Source: Cyanophora paradoxa CCMP329 (taxonomy: Eukaryota; Plantae; Glaucophyta). Taken from it: a DNA stretch of 64,000 nt. Below, piece by piece: positions 60,773 to 64,000 of this stretch (position 1 is the first letter of the stretch; each line of letters opens with the position of its first letter). The translations under genes were made by a program, and so were the position numbers. The notes under the pieces were generated by a model that worked only from the letters and a program-made list of their open reading frames with translations, was not told the DNA's origin and did not search any database. Location of the stretch: NCBI GenBank assembly GCA_004431415.1, contig QPMI01000457.1, positions 430,331 through 494,330 on the forward strand, written 5' to 3'.

Positions 60773-61402
60773 CTAGGATCCGGAAACGGTCGCCAGGAAG
60801 GGCACGTGCTCGATTTTCGGGACCACCTCATGCCTCGCGACGTAGAACAAATCATCCGGGAATGGCCCTGTACTCGACGCCTGTGCACATGCACGCGTGA
60901 ATTCGGGAATGCCGCATCAGAAATCAAGGTAAGAAGCAAAGATCGCTTGCACCGGCGGCTCGAAGCAACGGCTTTCTGGATCGTACCAATAGAGCGCAAG
61001 CCCGCTAACATTGCCTACAGAGTTGCATTCGCAGTCCAGGTCGAAGTAAGCCTGGATCAGAAGGTCTGTCTGCCACGACATAGAAACATCTATCCTGACG
61101 CGCACTGGCCCTGCCTGTTGAGATCAGGGCACACAATCAGGGGCAACGATGCCGGGTTGCAATTGCACGTGTGCACCCGTCTTTTCAGTGACGCGTAGCG
61201 GGGAAGGCCGGCAGTCACCGAGAACCCGCACCTCGACTGAGCTGCCCCCGTGCACGAGCCGCGGTCGTGGCGCGTATAGAGCAATCAGCACTTCCGACTC
61301 TGCGATCTGCTCTGCTGTCGGCGGCATGCGCAGCTGTCCCGCTGTCACTCCTGACTTCCTTGCAGCTTTGGTAGCGAGCTGTTTTCGAGGTACTTTCTGC
61401 AT
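60773..61402 (-). CDS. 146-aa protein with an N-terminal histone H3 tail mimic and an orphan (possibly ubiquitin-like) domain
   Basis: Exons 61402-61232, 61114-60953 and 60880-60773 are joined by GT-AG introns, all phase 0, with no stops. The protein starts MQKVPRKQLATKAARKSG. Confidence 0.75.
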
Positions 61403-61429
61403 TCTGGAACGCAGTCCGACAGCGAGCGA

Positions 61430-61870
61430 ACCGAGCGCCGCCGTCTTTGGAGCCTTGCTGGTGCGTGGTCGAACGAGTACCCCCCGGCAGGAAGTTCCCC
61501 CCGGGCAAAGCCGCCGGGGCAAAGTCGCCGGGGCAAAGTCGCCGGAGCACTGTCGCGGTTTCCGGAGCGCCGGATCTGGAGCTGTGTTCTGCTAGCGTCC
61601 GAAGTGCTGTCGGCGGGGCAAGCGGTCAAAGTGCTGTCGGCGTGGAAGCGTGGCACGTGGCGCTCGAAAAGGTGCGCCGGATGCCTTCTTTCCGCATGCG
61701 CACCCATATATAGCGGCCTTGCGCGTGCGTCCGTGCGGCCTCCCTTGACAGTAGCGTCTCTCAGGGATGAATGCACACGAGGAGACGAAACGCAAACTCG
61801 AAGAGAGCGAACAGGAGGTTGATTATGAGCTTGAGACGGAGGAAAGCGGCCCGGCGCGTGCGGAGAAACG
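61430..61870. repeat. Repeated cassette, copy 3 (right-hand cargo truncated by the AT-rich insertion)
   Basis: Same blocks as copies 1 and 2. Confidence 0.9.
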
Positions 61871-63360
61871 TGCGCGAGACACATAGTAAAATGCGGAGTT
61901 TTAACCCTCGGCTTAATCTTAATTGATTTTGTTGATATATCTCGTATATTCTATTTCAATCAATCGATAATCTGTGTATATCTTATCGAATATTCAATTA
62001 TTTCGATTATTTTGTATTCTTTTCGATATTTTATCGTAAATTTCTCTTATTTTCCGATTAGTCTTACTGAGTTAATCGATAATCTGTATATATTTCCGAA
62101 TAATATAACTGAATCTCAATTAGATCTTGCCTCTGGTTAAAACTCCGCATTTTACTATGTGTGATTGGTCTAAAAGTTAATTGATTTAATCGATATTATA
62201 TTCATGTACTTTCTCGATTAAATTTAATTAAATTTAAATTCATTTAATCGGAAATATATCGCTTAACTCGATTAAGATCCATATTAGATTCATTTGTTTA
62301 ATAAAACAAATAGATCTCTTATTGAATCCAATCGTAATTATACATGAAACTTATATGATTTTATCATTGTTTTATTGAGTCTAAGGGGGGACCCTTAGGA
62401 ATTTAATGAATAATTGGGTGTCACAGGTGTCACAGGTCCATCCCATCGAAAGGGAAAATCACTCTTTATAGGGCTTGAGCTGGGATAAACCTGTGACACC
62501 TGTGACACATACCATATTCAGTAAGGACCTCTTATATTGTGAAAATCTCAGTGTTAGTTGGTGTAGTTGATTCAAAAAATGCATTTTATACTCTGATTCA
62601 TTGTTATTTCCTGTGAAATTTGAGTCAACTCAACCCACTTAGTCAACCCTTGCATTGAATTCGTAACAAAATCCATATACTATTACTACTTTTACGATTA
62701 ATATGAGTCAACCTTGAGTCCACTTTAATATAAATATTATATAATAGGGGGAATCAAGGGAGATGCTTACTAAATGCAGTGTTAGATTGATGGGATCATA
62801 GATGGGATCACAGTTATCGAAGCAATATAATATAGTTGAATATTCGATATCATAAGTTGATCGAAACGATAAGTATATGGTTATAAATCGCGATTTTTGA
62901 GTTATAATCGAATTTAATCGAATTAATTTTGAATTTCAAAACTCGCTTTAATCGTAATAGCGATCTATACACATTGAGATTCGTATATGTGATTGCAAGT
63001 TATTGTTATGTATGATATATGTGATTATATTCGACCGTCAGTGCATCGATTTGATAACTTGCTAGTGATCTATATTAAAAACTCACGTTTAATGGATTTT
63101 AATCGAATTTATAATCAAAATTCAAAATCGGTTTCATCGCGATTTGGAGTTACAGTTAGTGAAATTCCGATATGGCTCATAAGCGCTGTGACCGCCTTGA
63201 AATGCTCGATTTTATGACGTTTTAAGCGCATCGATTTGATAAGTTGGTGTTGAGATATCGTAGCAAACGTTAATATTGATTTTCTAGACGGGTACAGCAT
63301 TAATCTAGAAAAAACCGCGTTTTTTTTTTACTTTTCAAGTTTCACGGCGAACGAAGTAAA

Positions 63361-63431
63361 GGTTCCCGAGCGGATTTGAACCGCGTAGTTTTGAGTCAGA
63401 AATCAAGCTCTCTATTCTCTGAGCCAAAAAC
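63361..63431 (-). tRNA. Degenerate tRNA-like gene
   Basis: TGGCTCAG..TAGAG A-box, GCGG-TTCAAAT-CCGC T-arm, GU-rich acceptor GTTTTTG/CGGGAAC and a TTGA/TCAA anticodon stem with an 8-nt loop. Confidence 0.45.
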
Positions 63432-63465
63432 GGCTTACCACCAAGTCGACTCCTGGGCTAGTGTT

Positions 63466-63960
63466 TCACAAGTCTACTATGGCAAGTGACTTTTGCATCT
63501 TCAAACTGTTATATCTCATCACCAGATCATCAAAACGCAACGTTCTGCATATCGCTGTGAAGCGCTTGATAAGATCTACAAGACTATGTGTATATCATGT
63601 GCATATATGTATATCAGTCATACATATATTTGGAAAAAACGAGTTTTTGCCTAGCAAACTAGCTAGTTTTTGGTCCTTTCTCTTAGTTTGTTCTCTGAGG
63701 TTTAGGGCTGTATATGACTCCTTAGTAGTCTGAAAGTCATTATACCATCTCTGGCTATTAACCTCAGAAAGTTTCTGTGTCCCTGCTATAGTGAGCTTTT
63801 TGAGTTCCCTGTTAACTTTCCCAGCCTTCTCCTTTCTAGCCTCTATCAAAGGCTTATCTGGGACTTCATTAGCAGCTTCTATGCCTTCTCTCCTTATAGC
63901 AGCATCAGCCCTGGCTTCCTCTTTAGCTTGCTCCAAGGCATCCACTGTAGGGTTTCTAGA
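63466..63960 (-). CDS. 3' exons of a helical hypothetical protein in the AT-rich element
   Basis: Open AT-codon frame DALEQAKEEARADAAIRRE...KLASLL and a probable last exon LVDLIKRFTAICRTLRFDDLVMRYNSLK; the 5' end is outside the window. Confidence 0.45.
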
Positions 63961-64000
63961 TATTCAACTGCATTCACAGGCAACAGCTCATGGAAAGCAA

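Larger units (their letters stand above)
61879..64000. mobile_element. Left end of an AT-rich foreign insertion (large DNA transposon or endogenous virus-like element)
   Basis: Abrupt GC-to-AT switch at 61879; perfect 28-bp inverted repeat at 61879-61906/62135-62162; perfect 20-bp inverted repeat at 62418-62437/62489-62508. Confidence 0.7.

Noticed and set aside
56030-60925. Conserved DF-TGA in four paralogs (DF-TGA-CG in three) as possible selenocysteine or readthrough
   Set aside because: The TGA lies within a conserved GT-AG intron (CTGAT branch-like site); splicing restores the frame.
61350-61402. A genuine histone H3 gene
   Set aside because: No ARTKQTARKS start and no histone fold downstream.

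Overview
GC-rich, intron-dense eukaryotic nuclear DNA with many short introns (GT- and often GC-donors, CTGAC-like branch points, GCAG acceptors). The style fits a protist or alga such as a glaucophyte, but that is inference. Most ORFs in the supplied track are GC artefacts, so genes were rebuilt by hand across introns. 1-4.4 kb is a gag-only LTR-retroelement remnant. 4.4-12.4 kb is an accessory block with a zinc-finger gene, a small orphan gene, a three-hairpin RNA candidate and a divergent pair of genes carrying four Ada-like Zn domains. 12.4-50 kb holds mostly head-to-head host genes: two paralogous SPOC-like + OB-fold proteins, a CHASE4-HAMP adenylate cyclase, a membrane protein, MTR4, a SAM methyltransferase, a PPR protein, a DUF4359-like protein, a CC2D1/Lgd-like protein, a GST-like protein and an orphan. 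50-62 kb is a repeat-rich zone with a TIR element and a cassette repeated three times, linked to a small orphan domain family. One intact member of that family starts with a histone H3 tail mimic (KVPRKQLATKAARKS). From 61.9 kb to the end is an AT-rich foreign insertion with perfect inverted repeats and a tRNA-like gene. The best candidates for new biology are the H3-tail-mimic family, the His-substituted Ada-like Zn-domain cluster and the SPOC+OB paralog pair. Domain calls come from motif recognition by eye, with no database search.
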